A stretch of DNA of 30,821 bases from a virus (IMGVR_UViG_3300042399_001275:1-30821); one strand, 5' to 3'. Positions 1 to 8,510 are shown, numbered from the stretch's first letter. Numbers and translations are program-made. Notes: generated by a model from the letters alone, not told the origin.

Positions 1-1027
1 ACGTGCCGGGAGGGATCAGGGTCTTGATATCGACCTGCCCCTCGGTGAACGTGAGGCCACCGGCATGGAGGCGCACCGGGGACACCAGCGAGCCATCAGG
101 GATCACCAGCGGCGGGTCGACGATCTTCTCGGCCCCGCGCAGGATCGTGTCCGACATGCGGTTGACCATGCGGATATCCGGCATGGCGGTCATGGCCGGG
201 CTGCGCCCATAGATTTCGCCACGGGCCTTGTACCAGCGCGGCACGAAGTAGGGGAACTCCTCGTAGGAGCCGTACTCCAGGATACGGTTCTCGTGGCCGG
301 TCAAAATCCAGCACGAGTAGTAGGCCGCGCCCTTGAGCTTCTGGCGCTCGGGCAGTTCCGCGGCCAGTGGGTCGGTGGCCGGGATTACCGCGTGCAGGAA
401 GCGATCCTTGGTACCGAGCTTGTCGTCGGACAGGTTCTCGTACTCGCGACCAAGCTTGTCAGCCTTGAAGCGCTGGAGCGCGGCGCGCTTCGTCTGGTGG
501 CGCTGACGGATCATGCTGTCGATGTTCTCGTCCTCGCCCTCGTCGATGACGCAGTCGTCGAGGTGATAGACGCGGCAGCGCAGCTTCTTGTTGACGACGT
601 CTTCGAACATGACCGCCGTGCCGAACGCACCGATATCGAGGTAGACCTGGTGAAGCTGGGAATAGATATCGGCGCTCGGGGAGGTGAGCGCGTTCATGAT
701 CTTCTTCTGGCATGTCTCCAGATACGCTCGCACGGTGGACGAAAGCTGAAGCTCGGGCTCGCCCTCGACGCCCAGGCGCACCCACTCGGAGGCCGGGTTG
801 TTCAGGAGCGTGTGCAGAAAGGACGCGAACATTTCCAGCGACCGCGGGGCGGTGCTGTCCAAAATCCAGCGCATACGGTCCTGGCCAGGCGTGACCTGCT
901 CCATGAACGACGCGGAGTTGGGCAGACAGTAGCGGGCGATCGACTGCCACAGGCTTTCCCACGACCCCCGTTCGCCGCGCTTGGTCTTCTCCCGCTCTAC
1001 GATCGCGTCGGCCAGCTTGTTTTTCAT
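1..1027 (-). CDS. Portal protein / head-tail connector (T7 gp8-like), truncated by the window edge
   Basis: Not in the ORF track because it has no stop in the window. Read by hand from ATG 1027: MKNKLADAIVEREKTKRGERGSWESLWQSIARYCLP...DSTAPRSLEMFASFLH...PYFVPRWYKARGEIYGRSP. The W..IARY.LP, DST and RW....GE.YGRSP motifs are typical of podovirus portals. Confidence 0.9.
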   Translation of the reverse strand, partial: MKNKLADAIVEREKTKRGERGSWESLWQSIARYCLPNSASFMEQVTPGQDRMRWILDSTAPRSLEMFASFLHTLLNNPASEWVRLGVEGEPELQLSSTVRAYLETCQKKIMNALTSPSADIYSQLHQVYLDIGAFGTAVMFEDVVNKKLRCRVYHLDDCVIDEGEDENIDSMIRQRHQTKRAALQRFKADKLGREYENLSDDKLGTKDRFLHAVIPATDPLAAELPERQKLKGAAYYSCWILTGHENRILEYGSYEEFPYFVPRWYKARGEIYGRSPAMTAMPDIRMVNRMSDTILRGAEKIVDPPLVIPDGSLVSPVRLHAGGLTFTEGQVDIKTLIPPGT

Positions 1028-1033
1028 GCTGCT

Positions 1034-3406
1034 TTATACCACGGCGCTGACCCACAGGCGAGTGGGCTGCGCCGGGACACCAATGGTGTCTCCCTGCGGG
1101 TTGCTGTCGTCTGTAATCATTACTGACTGGTCGAATTGCGGGTCGGTGTATAGCCCGATCTCAATGGTGTCGCTCGTGGCCAGGGGTGAGGGCAGCGTCC
1201 ACGTAACCTCAGTCGCGGAAGTGATGACGACCGACGAGGGCGTGACAGACGCGCCGTTCACCCGCACGAGCGTCCCCGTCAGCCCGGTGTTCTGATAGGC
1301 AGGCGCGTCGAAATACGGGTCGTTTTCGTCGTAGACCAACCCTTGCAGGGTGGTGCCGCCGTCGAGCGTGAAGGTTCCGACAATGGTTGTCCCGCCATTG
1401 ACGCCCGCGATGCTCGTAAGCTCAGGACCGCGTGCGCCATGCGTGACGCCGCCCAGGCCCTCGCGATAGGCGATGTTCTGCGCCAGCCTCCGCATCGTGT
1501 GCGGGTTGTTCGGCGGCTCCAGGTGATAGCCGTCGCGGCGCTGCATGTCATGGTCGGTGTAGCCGATGAATACCCGGCCGGTGCCATCGACATTGTTGTT
1601 ATCGTAGGTGTCGAGGATATCCCACGTCGCCTGGTAGATCGGGTGCGCGCGCTCCGTGGTGGGGCTTCCCGCTGACACCCACGATACCGGGCACAGGTAG
1701 AAATACAGCGCGTTGCCGTCCGTCGCGAGGCTGCGTATTTGCTCGATATAGTCGATCAGCCCATCATGGAACGTGGTGTAGCTCGCGCCTTGGTTCATAT
1801 CGGTCTGGCCGATATTCATCACAGCGCGCGTCCAGTCGTAGCCGGGGCTGGCCGCCTGGTCCAACTCCGCGCGAAGACGCAGCCAGCTGTCGCCGCTCGG
1901 CGCAAGATGCGTTGCAATGCCAGTACCACCGACCGCCTCGTTGACGATCAGGGTAGGCGCTCCGCCATGCAGATCACGGAGCAGCGGGCCAAGCGTCAGG
2001 CTTCCGTTGCCACCACCGGGGCCGCCCTTGCCCGAGGCCATCTGGTGAGTGGTTGGCTCGCCCGTGCCGACCGGCACGAACTGGCTAGAAGACGTTGTCT
2101 GCGCGAGATAAAAATAACCGTAGTCTGCATAGGAAAAGCGGCGATCCCGCAGCGCGTCGCCCGACGCGGGAAGCGAGCCCTCAAACTCCACCGGAGGATA
2201 GGCCGTTCCTCCGCTGATCTCAGTGACCTGATTACGCATCAGGCTTTGGCCCAGGAAGGCCGTGATGTTGTCGGATACGCCAATGATATTGGTCGTGTCG
2301 ACCACGGCATCGACATCGCGCTCGCCGCTCTTGCGGACCTCAAGATACCAAGAGCCGTTGGGGATATCCGTTATGTCAATATCCGCGGACCAGACAAGGC
2401 CGCTAGAGGTGGTAATGGCAACCGGCGTCTCCCAGCCCGTAGCGGGCGTGCGGGTCACGATATCAAGAAGCCGTGCTGTAACAGACGCATCCGCGCCATA
2501 CGCCACACGCCCGGTTACAGTCAAAGCCTCAAGCGAACCTTCCCGGTATATCTTGTTGCGGAGGTTCTGCGCCAGGCTGTCGACCGTCAAAGACCGTTGG
2601 GGGGTATTAAACACGGCTTGGTCCGCGAGGCGCAAGGTTTCAATATACTCGGGGGTCGGAACGCCAACGCCGATGTGTATTTTTGCGATGTAGCCGGACA
2701 GGAACAGAGAGCTTACCCGCCCAAATATGGGCGCGGCTCCCGCGGCCAAGGCTTCAGTCGGGCCGTTCCCATTTGTAAACGCTCCGGTGGCCTTGTATTC
2801 ATAATCCTGGTTGCTTCCAAACAACACGGTGCCAAGCCGGTAGTCCACCGCGATGCAAAAAGCCGTGGGAAGGGCGGTCGGGACGGTAACAACAGAACTG
2901 TCTACCGTGCGCGCGGTGTCCGCAGCAACTCGGCGCATACTTACACGCAACGCCCCGCTACCCCGGATCGACGCCTGGTAGAGCGCACCCGTTCCGTTGC
3001 TGGACGAGACACTTACAAGGCCCGCCTGTCCGTCAGTGAGAGTGGCGAACTGGCCGACCGCGTATATCCAGATACCTTCGTACCCGGAAAATGCAGACAG
3101 CGCGCTGGCCAGTGTCGTGGTATCGCCGCTCACGAACAACATGGCCGGAAGCCCGTTTACCGCCGTAGCGTCCACGCTAGGCCGTACCGCGGTGTTAGCT
3201 TGCCCGGCGCTTATGGCCGGATACGCGGCCTGCTGGTTTATGAGCGTAGCGATACCGCCGGTGCCGGTTGTGTAGTGCCCTGCGTCCAGAACATCATACG
3301 ATGCGACGATAATGGGGCTGCGGATGTCACTTTCTTCAGCCCCCGCCGGGCTGTTGGTTGCGGGCCCCATGGGCGGGTTCATCGGGGGCTGGTTTACATT
3401 CGACAC
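1034..3406 (-). CDS. Virion fibre/spike with a LamG-like beta-sandwich and an SGNH/SASA-type (sialate O-acetylesterase-like) esterase domain
   Basis: 790 aa. Pro-rich N-terminus and a beta-rich lectin-like region ending FLSGYIAKIHIG. Esterase blocks FLGQSLM, AVGGTGI, NIGQTD and DGYH resemble the GQSN / GG / QGExD / DxxH blocks. Confidence 0.7.
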   Translation of the reverse strand: MSNVNQPPMNPPMGPATNSPAGAEESDIRSPIIVASYDVLDAGHYTTGTGGIATLINQQAAYPAISAGQANTAVRPSVDATAVNGLPAMLFVSGDTTTLASALSAFSGYEGIWIYAVGQFATLTDGQAGLVSVSSSNGTGALYQASIRGSGALRVSMRRVAADTARTVDSSVVTVPTALPTAFCIAVDYRLGTVLFGSNQDYEYKATGAFTNGNGPTEALAAGAAPIFGRVSSLFLSGYIAKIHIGVGVPTPEYIETLRLADQAVFNTPQRSLTVDSLAQNLRNKIYREGSLEALTVTGRVAYGADASVTARLLDIVTRTPATGWETPVAITTSSGLVWSADIDITDIPNGSWYLEVRKSGERDVDAVVDTTNIIGVSDNITAFLGQSLMRNQVTEISGGTAYPPVEFEGSLPASGDALRDRRFSYADYGYFYLAQTTSSSQFVPVGTGEPTTHQMASGKGGPGGGNGSLTLGPLLRDLHGGAPTLIVNEAVGGTGIATHLAPSGDSWLRLRAELDQAASPGYDWTRAVMNIGQTDMNQGASYTTFHDGLIDYIEQIRSLATDGNALYFYLCPVSWVSAGSPTTERAHPIYQATWDILDTYDNNNVDGTGRVFIGYTDHDMQRRDGYHLEPPNNPHTMRRLAQNIAYREGLGGVTHGARGPELTSIAGVNGGTTIVGTFTLDGGTTLQGLVYDENDPYFDAPAYQNTGLTGTLVRVNGASVTPSSVVITSATEVTWTLPSPLATSDTIEIGLYTDPQFDQSVMITDDSNPQGDTIGVPAQPTRLWVSAVV

Positions 3407-3419
3407 CGCTTTTTACGTC

Positions 3420-3755
3420 CTACCAGCTAATAGACGCGATGCCCGAGCCCGCCGAGTGAGTTAGGATGCCACAGCGTACTTCCCATACACCTGCGATCTG
3501 AGCGGTTTGCATACCGCCGGGCGACGACGCGCCCGAATTGTAGATCGTAATAGTGTTGCCCGTTGTCCCGTCCGACTTGACCCTGCGTGCCTGCACAACC
3601 CACGTCACCGACAAGGTTGTGCTGTCATCCGACAGAGACGCGGTAAAGACATTCGCGGACCTGCGGCTGTCGATACGCACCCACTCGGTATACTCGGCAG
3701 AAGCGTTAACCGCGGCCTCAATCGTGCGGACGCTGCCGCTTAATACATACGCCAT
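3420..3755 (-). CDS. Small beta-rich virion protein, possible spike base/adaptor for the downstream fibre
   Basis: 111 aa, rich in S/T/V/G. Its start overlaps the upstream stop (TAATG). Function inferred from context only. Confidence 0.6.
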   Translation of the reverse strand: MAYVLSGSVRTIEAAVNASAEYTEWVRIDSRRSANVFTASLSDDSTTLSVTWVVQARRVKSDGTTGNTITIYNSGASSPGGMQTAQIAGVWEVRCGILTHSAGSGIASISW

Positions 3756-4027
3756 TACGCGCCTCCCAAGAGGGTCTTGCGCGTCTTCAGGCCCGAGAAC
3801 TCGGAGCCGCTATCCGCTGCGGTGAGAAGGGACGAGGCCGCGCCCTGGCGGTTGGCCTGCTCGGCCATGCTCTTGTTCTTGGCCTCCTGCGCAGCCTTCT
3901 CCTCCTGGGCGCGCACGTCGGCGGCGCTCGGCCCGGTATTGAAATACTGCGCCTGTTGCTTCTGACCGCCTCCAAAGAGGCGAGCGATGGGCGCGAAGAT
4001 CGCGCCAATGTCGTAACGGACCTGCAT
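3755..4027 (-). CDS. Small virion protein of the type usually found just upstream of podovirus portals
   Basis: 90 aa, Ala/Gln/Glu-rich helix, C-terminal RQGAASSLLT...KTLLGG pattern. Confidence 0.65.
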   Translation of the reverse strand: MQVRYDIGAIFAPIARLFGGGQKQQAQYFNTGPSAADVRAQEEKAAQEAKNKSMAEQANRQGAASSLLTAADSGSEFSGLKTRKTLLGGA

Positions 4028-4049
4028 AGGCTGGAGCCTAGCACATTAG

Positions 4050-4268
4050 CTAATCGAACTCAACCACGTCCTTGCGGGCGTACTTCTTGCCGTGCAGCGC
4101 CCACCAACGCGCCCGGCCACGCTCCCCGCGGTCGTCGAGGGGGAGGAAGTTCTGCGACAGGGGGTTGTCACTGTCGTCCCTGCCGCTCGATCCCACCCCG
4201 CGCTGCGTCGAGGAGTGGTACTTGATGCGCCGCGGGCGGACGGTTTCGCTAGGCTTCTCGTCAGCCAT
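4050..4268 (-). CDS. Hypothetical protein
   Basis: 72 aa, GC3-rich codons, fits the minus-strand operon packing. Confidence 0.6.
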   Translation of the reverse strand: MADEKPSETVRPRRIKYHSSTQRGVGSSGRDDSDNPLSQNFLPLDDRGERGRARWWALHGKKYARKDVVEFD

Positions 4269-4413
4269 TGGCGCTCGGCCACCAGGTTTCCGGCGAGCCG
4301 CACTCCGGGCAGCAATCGGGGATGGGCGATCGAGGGTTGGGCTGTAGCAGCTTCACCGGACCCTTCCACCCGCAGTCGTCACAGGTTGCGTCTTCATCCT
4401 TTGGCGATTGCAT
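4261..4413 (-). CDS. Small zinc-ribbon protein
   Basis: Read by hand: MQSPKDEDATCDDCGWKG...DCCPECGSPETWWPSANG (50 aa), with CxxC...CPxC. AAGGAG lies upstream and the ORF fills an operon gap. Confidence 0.65.
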   Translation of the reverse strand: MQSPKDEDATCDDCGWKGPVKLLQPNPRSPIPDCCPECGSPETWWPSANG

Positions 4414-4915
4414 CCATCTGCTCCTTGAGTTTCAGCTTACGCAACGAGAACGCCCAACGCAAGGCGCGCTCGTATCCGGGGTTGTTCCGGCACGCCTTGA
4501 TGTGGTCGCGGAACGCTGCCCGTTCGGCAGGCTCCAGGGTGCGCCACCGCCCCGCGTTCACGTCGGCTAGTAGCGCGAAGGCTTCAGCCTGCTCATGTCC
4601 CCAGTCTCGACTGGCAGGATAGACGCGATCGTGAACGGCATGCCCAATCTCATGAACAAGTTGCGCCACTCCTGCTGTCGCGGGGCAGAAAAGGAATGCG
4701 GTATCTGCCGCAGTATCGGAGACGAAAGCTGGTCTTCCGGAATGAACAGGTCCAGTTGGACGGGTGTAGCCCCACTCTCGGACGAGGGTGTCGACGTAGT
4801 CTTCCCGGAAATGGTCATCCACGATCCTTACGTTCTTCAGCCCACGCCACAGGTAATTGCCCCATACGCAATGCGCAACCAGTAGTTCTGCACCCGACGC
4901 TGTACGAAACTTCAG
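4394..4915 (-). CDS. Putative zinc metallopeptidase (HExxH), possible CTG start
   Basis: LVHEIGHAVH followed by EQAEAFA (gluzincin/ImmA-IrrE-like layout). The track start is 4948, but GGAGG lies 8 nt before an in-frame CTG at 4915 that overlaps the upstream TGA. Confidence 0.6.
   Translation of the reverse strand: MKFRTASGAELLVAHCVWGNYLWRGLKNVRIVDDHFREDYVDTLVREWGYTRPTGPVHSGRPAFVSDTAADTAFLFCPATAGVAQLVHEIGHAVHDRVYPASRDWGHEQAEAFALLADVNAGRWRTLEPAERAAFRDHIKACRNNPGYERALRWAFSLRKLKLKEQMDAIAKG
4567..4818 (-). CDS. Candidate overprinted +1-frame ORF containing QLDLF (sliding-clamp-binding motif)
   Basis: 83 aa nested in the HExxH gene. AAGGA lies 6 nt before the ATG, and the ORF coincides with A/T-ending codons in the host frame. 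Confidence 0.35.
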   Translation of the reverse strand: MTISGKTTSTPSSESGATPVQLDLFIPEDQLSSPILRQIPHSFSAPRQQEWRNLFMRLGMPFTIASILPVETGDMSRLKPSRY

Positions 4916-5040
4916 GACGGCGTCCTCCCGTAGTACAAGATATACCAAGTGAGATATGCACGGGCTCTAGCGGCCTGAAGTTCAACCACCGTGAGAGGCA
5001 CGCACTCATCAGCCTCGCGGCCCAACCAAAAGTAATACAT
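4912..5040 (-). CDS. Small hypothetical protein (42 aa)
   Basis: MYYFWLGREADECVPLTVVELQAARARAYLTWYILYYGRTPS. TAATG coupling to the upstream gene, with AAGGAGG upstream. Confidence 0.5.
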   Translation of the reverse strand: MYYFWLGREADECVPLTVVELQAARARAYLTWYILYYGRTPS

Positions 5041-5420
5041 TACAATACCTCCTTACGGCCATGAGTAAGCGTTACCAGATTACCCGCCCGGTCTTCATGC
5101 CACCGATTTACCCAAGGACCGCGAAACGAGATCGCCCACGCCGGGCCGCCCAGGGCTTCTACTTTATGGAAGTGTTCTCGCTTCGTGATCTTGGTCTGCC
5201 CTGCTTTGAACAGTCGAGGTTGGCCGCCCCTTATGTGCTCACGTACCTGGCCTTTCAACCATATCGTATAGGCGTTGAAAGCGTGGGTGTGGTAGCGCTC
5301 GGGGTTGTGGCGGCTGAACCGTAGCAACGCGATCGAAAATAAAGGCTTGATCTCGATCAGGAAATACGCAGTCGTACCGGAGTTGACCCCGCCGTCCGGG
5401 GCCTTCTGAAACATCTTCAT
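5040..5420 (-). CDS. Cupin-like phage protein
   Basis: 126 aa. YHTHAF...WLKGQVREH...HFHKV matches the cupin HxH...E...H pattern. GGAGG RBS. Confidence 0.7.
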   Translation of the reverse strand: MKMFQKAPDGGVNSGTTAYFLIEIKPLFSIALLRFSRHNPERYHTHAFNAYTIWLKGQVREHIRGGQPRLFKAGQTKITKREHFHKVEALGGPAWAISFRGPWVNRWHEDRAGNLVTLTHGRKEVL

Positions 5421-5429
5421 CCCATCCTC

Positions 5430-6881
5430 CTACAACACCGCCGTCTGTTGAAGATAGTCTTGCCCCTGCTCGGGGGCGAACTTGCGAAGACCCATCGCGA
5501 GGGTCCTCAGTGCATCCGCACTGTGAGACGTCCAATCGTGCTTGGGCTTCTGGCGGAATACCTGCTGCCGTTCATCATACTCTCGGTGGTACAGAGCCAC
5601 GCGGTCAAGGCCATCCTGCGTTGAGCTTGCGTCAAAGAGGCAGCGCGGCAGAAGTGTTCGTACCGCTGCAATGCCGTCCTCCACGTTGGCGCGCGGAACA
5701 GTGACGCCACGAACTCCAAGGGCACGGAGGACAGAGGCGCGGGACTTGCCCGAACCAAGCTCGGTGACTTCGACGTCGTGCGGCCAGTAGTGTCGTCCAT
5801 AGCGATACCCCTTCTTCTCCAGTATATCGGCGTAGTGGTCTAGCGCGGCTCCAGCAGCTTCGTAATAGTCAATGACACGTACTTCGTTAGCCACGCATTG
5901 CACAAACCAGATTGCGGTGCAATCGTCGAAACCCAAGTCCCATCCAGTGTGGACTGGCAGGAGAGGATTGTAGGGCACAGCCCGAATACGGTCACGGTCT
6001 TTAAGCTCGGCCAGTTGCTTGGCGTAGATGGCTCCCTTGACGGCGGCGTCCCAGCTACATTCGTACTCCTGCTCGTAGGCGTCGTCATCGTTCATGTCCA
6101 TCTTGGCCAGGCGTAGCTCCTCGGGATTGAGGACGCCGGTCTGACTGGCCTTCCAAAGTTCCGCGGCCCAGTCACTACGATACACCAACTCGTCGCCCGC
6201 CGCACTGTCGATCTCGCCGCCACCCATCTTCGCGCCCAAGCCCTGCGCCCACAACTCCGCGCGGCGGTGCATGTGGTGGGCGTGGTTGCGCCCGAACGGG
6301 GTCGTCATAAAGATCGCCCACTGGTTCGGGTCGAGGCGATTGTCGAAGCCGTTACGGTTTACGTCCGACAGCATTGGGCGGACCTGCTGCGTCCACACGT
6401 GCGGCGGTATCTGCGCCCACTCGTCGAACACTACACCGTCCAGGTACATGCCTCTCAAACGCTGCTTGGGTGTATCTGTTCCGTAGAGGGCAATCTGAGC
6501 ACGCCCACCAAGGCGGGTTGGCAATTCCACCGTGAGCTTGCTCTCCATCTTTTCCGCCGTAGGGATACGATCGGCGAAGTCCTTCAAGTATGTCCAGGCA
6601 ATGTTGCGGGCCATATCGTAGGTCGGGGCCAGGTAGGCATACCGCCCGTTGGGGAACGGACACTCGATCGCTTTCTCGCCCAGGGCGTTCACGGCCAGGA
6701 CGGACTTCCCGAAGCGGCGATGCACCACCCACGAGTTAAAGCGCTTCATGCGCTCGTACATCTGGCCCTGCAAGGGGCGCGGGATGAAGCGCGTAAGCTC
6801 CCTCACGTCCTCGGGCAGGTCTACGATGCGGTTGTTCTGCGTCGCCTTGACGATCGCGGCGACCTTGGCAATGAGGCTCAA
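5430..6881 (-). CDS. terL: Terminase large subunit
   Basis: Walker A HRRFGKS, LRG, Walker B VVFDEW, coupling motif TTP, YEQEYEC, RNase H-like GWDLG and C-terminal HSADA. Confidence 0.95.
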   Translation of the reverse strand: MSLIAKVAAIVKATQNNRIVDLPEDVRELTRFIPRPLQGQMYERMKRFNSWVVHRRFGKSVLAVNALGEKAIECPFPNGRYAYLAPTYDMARNIAWTYLKDFADRIPTAEKMESKLTVELPTRLGGRAQIALYGTDTPKQRLRGMYLDGVVFDEWAQIPPHVWTQQVRPMLSDVNRNGFDNRLDPNQWAIFMTTPFGRNHAHHMHRRAELWAQGLGAKMGGGEIDSAAGDELVYRSDWAAELWKASQTGVLNPEELRLAKMDMNDDDAYEQEYECSWDAAVKGAIYAKQLAELKDRDRIRAVPYNPLLPVHTGWDLGFDDCTAIWFVQCVANEVRVIDYYEAAGAALDHYADILEKKGYRYGRHYWPHDVEVTELGSGKSRASVLRALGVRGVTVPRANVEDGIAAVRTLLPRCLFDASSTQDGLDRVALYHREYDERQQVFRQKPKHDWTSHSADALRTLAMGLRKFAPEQGQDYLQQTAVL

Positions 6882-7333
6882 GCGTTCAGCACCTTCTCAT
6901 ATTTCTTCTTGGCCCCCATTGGCTGATCCGTTCTGCGCTCCGGTTTTGATGCGCTATTCCAGTCGCCCCCTCGTGTCGTGGCCACCAATTTCCACCCCGC
7001 CGCCTCCACAGACACCCCCGGCTCCTCGTCCAGAATAAACGTCTGAATAGACTTGTAGCCCATTGCCTTGCACGCACGCGCGGCGGCGGCGTACAGGATA
7101 GAGCAGGCGTTCTTTGTCCCGTCTGTGACCAGGCGCGTGACCTCGGCCACTTCGTATTGCTCTGTGTTACGCGCGACTGGCCTCCCAATGATAGCCGCGC
7201 CATGAACTCCTCCCCATTCGTTGCGCACCCCCAGGCTAAAGCGATGCCCCGTCACAGGCTTGTGGTGGCGATGGTCGGTTGCGACAATCTCATTAGCTTG
7301 TTTCAAGGTAAGCGGGAATACTTCAAGGGTCAC
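6878..7333 (-). CDS. XF1762-family protein (Mom-like/GNAT-fold, putative DNA modification)
   Basis: ANEIVATDHRHHKP..GHRFSLG, GRPVAR, EVTRLVTDGTKNACSILY, EPGVSVEAAGW. Overlaps the terL start (ATGA). Confidence 0.8.
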   Translation of the reverse strand: MTLEVFPLTLKQANEIVATDHRHHKPVTGHRFSLGVRNEWGGVHGAAIIGRPVARNTEQYEVAEVTRLVTDGTKNACSILYAAAARACKAMGYKSIQTFILDEEPGVSVEAAGWKLVATTRGGDWNSASKPERRTDQPMGAKKKYEKVLNA

Positions 7334-7593
7334 ACCAACTCCCTCATTTCAACGATGTACGCTTTCGGGATGCACACGTCGCTACCCGCGGTGCCGTCTT
7401 CCTCGCAGATCGAGCCCACGAGGACAACGCACTTGTCATCCTCCTTGGCCAGGAAGCCGACCGACTGGATGATGGCCGGACCGGAGTTCTGTATCTCCTC
7501 CCAACTGATCCACCCGCCCGTGTCCTGGCTGGAGGCGTCTTCCCAGCGGATGCGGACAAGACGGGTGGGCATCGTGAAGGGTGCGTGGGCCAT
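7330..7593 (-). CDS. Conserved small phage hypothetical protein
   Basis: V.I.WEDA....GW...SVGFL...IP...I pattern, common in phage packaging regions. ATGA coupling. Confidence 0.7.
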   Translation of the reverse strand: MAHAPFTMPTRLVRIRWEDASSQDTGGWISWEEIQNSGPAIIQSVGFLAKEDDKCVVLVGSICEEDGTAGSDVCIPKAYIVEMRELV

Positions 7594-7607
7594 GGTCTAT
7601 TGTAGCA

Positions 7608-8177
7608 TCAAAACTGGCTGGCTTCCAAGTCGGCCTTGAGCCAGCCCCAGTTCCGGCCCGCGCGGATGCCGTAGACCAGGCTGATCGAGATATTGAACTT
7701 CTCGGCCACGGCTCGAGCGGTCCAGCTGCCATGGTCCGTGAGAATGGTTCGCACGTCCGCCTCACTGATTTTCACCAAGCCGTGCTTCTCACCCCGCACC
7801 GGGCTGGGCTGGCCGCGCATCTTGGCCGCGCCGTTCTTGCGGCGGCGCTTCACGTCGCAGTCCTTCATGTTCTCCTGGTGCGTAGCGCAGAACAGGTGGT
7901 CGAGGTCGATGCACTTTGGGTTGTCGCAGGAGTGGCAGATGCTCATGCCCAGCGGGATCGGGCCGTGTTCCACCTCCCACATGGCGCGGTGGGCGTAGAC
8001 AAGGCGCTCGCCGTCCCACACACGACCGTAGCCGTTCTCGTTCTTTGCGCCTTTCCATTCTCGGCACCCCGTGTCCCACAGGACTTCGGAGCGATCGAGC
8101 AGCTTTTGTCGCATAACCGCGACGGGATATGAAATTGCCATCCATTCAATATAATTCGTATAACTCGTTCTGTCCAT
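7608..8177 (-). CDS. HNH endonuclease with C-terminal HTH
   Basis: GC.EW.G....GYG, YAHR, ICHSCDNPKC...HL...THQENMKD, and C-terminal ARAVAEKFNISISLVYGI. Confidence 0.9.
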   Translation of the reverse strand: MDRTSYTNYIEWMAISYPVAVMRQKLLDRSEVLWDTGCREWKGAKNENGYGRVWDGERLVYAHRAMWEVEHGPIPLGMSICHSCDNPKCIDLDHLFCATHQENMKDCDVKRRRKNGAAKMRGQPSPVRGEKHGLVKISEADVRTILTDHGSWTARAVAEKFNISISLVYGIRAGRNWGWLKADLEASQF

Positions 8178-8290
8178 AGTTCATCCTAAATTTTAAAAAA
8201 TAACCCAATATTTCCAACCGTGATGGGGCAGGGGCCGGGGACCCATCCTGGCGGCGGGGGTAGGGGGGTCGCGATCGCCAGATTTCGGGG

Positions 8291-8358
8291 GGTATGTTAT
8301 AACATTCCAACCCAGGGGCGAGTGAGCGCTCACTACCTATCGCCAACCGGCTAGGGGG
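8291..8358. promoter_or_regulatory. Left palindrome cluster of the early island
   Basis: Perfect palindromes ATGTTATAACAT (8294-8305) and AGTGAGCGCTCACT (8321-8334), plus CGGCTAGGGGG (8348-8358). Counterparts occur at 11513-11625. Confidence 0.55.
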
Positions 8359-8459
8359 TTAGATATGCCGTAATGCCTATTACGCGATGTTCTTGCCCAT
8401 GCGGCGTTATAAGGGCCAATGGGATCAATGACTTAGGCCAGCTGGCCTGGACCGCAGGC

Positions 8460-8487
8460 AAAGAAAAAGCCCGCGCAAGGCGGGCTT
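8460..8487 (-). terminator. Rho-independent terminator
   Basis: AAGCCCGC/GCGGGCTT stem followed by a U-tract on the minus strand, downstream of the island genes. Confidence 0.8.
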
Positions 8488-8510
8488 AGGCTCGATCGAG
8501 GGGGATTAGG

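Noticed and set aside
65-1126. Long plus-strand ORF, and similar ones at 1739-3430, 12980-14299, 25287-26465 and 29372-30544
   Set aside because: Antisense shadows of well-supported GC3-rich genes, with no motifs of their own.
8321-8334. Cloning-vector contamination (lac operator)
   Set aside because: Only the 12-bp core matches. Flanking AATT and other vector sequence are absent, and related palindromes occur at 11564-11609.
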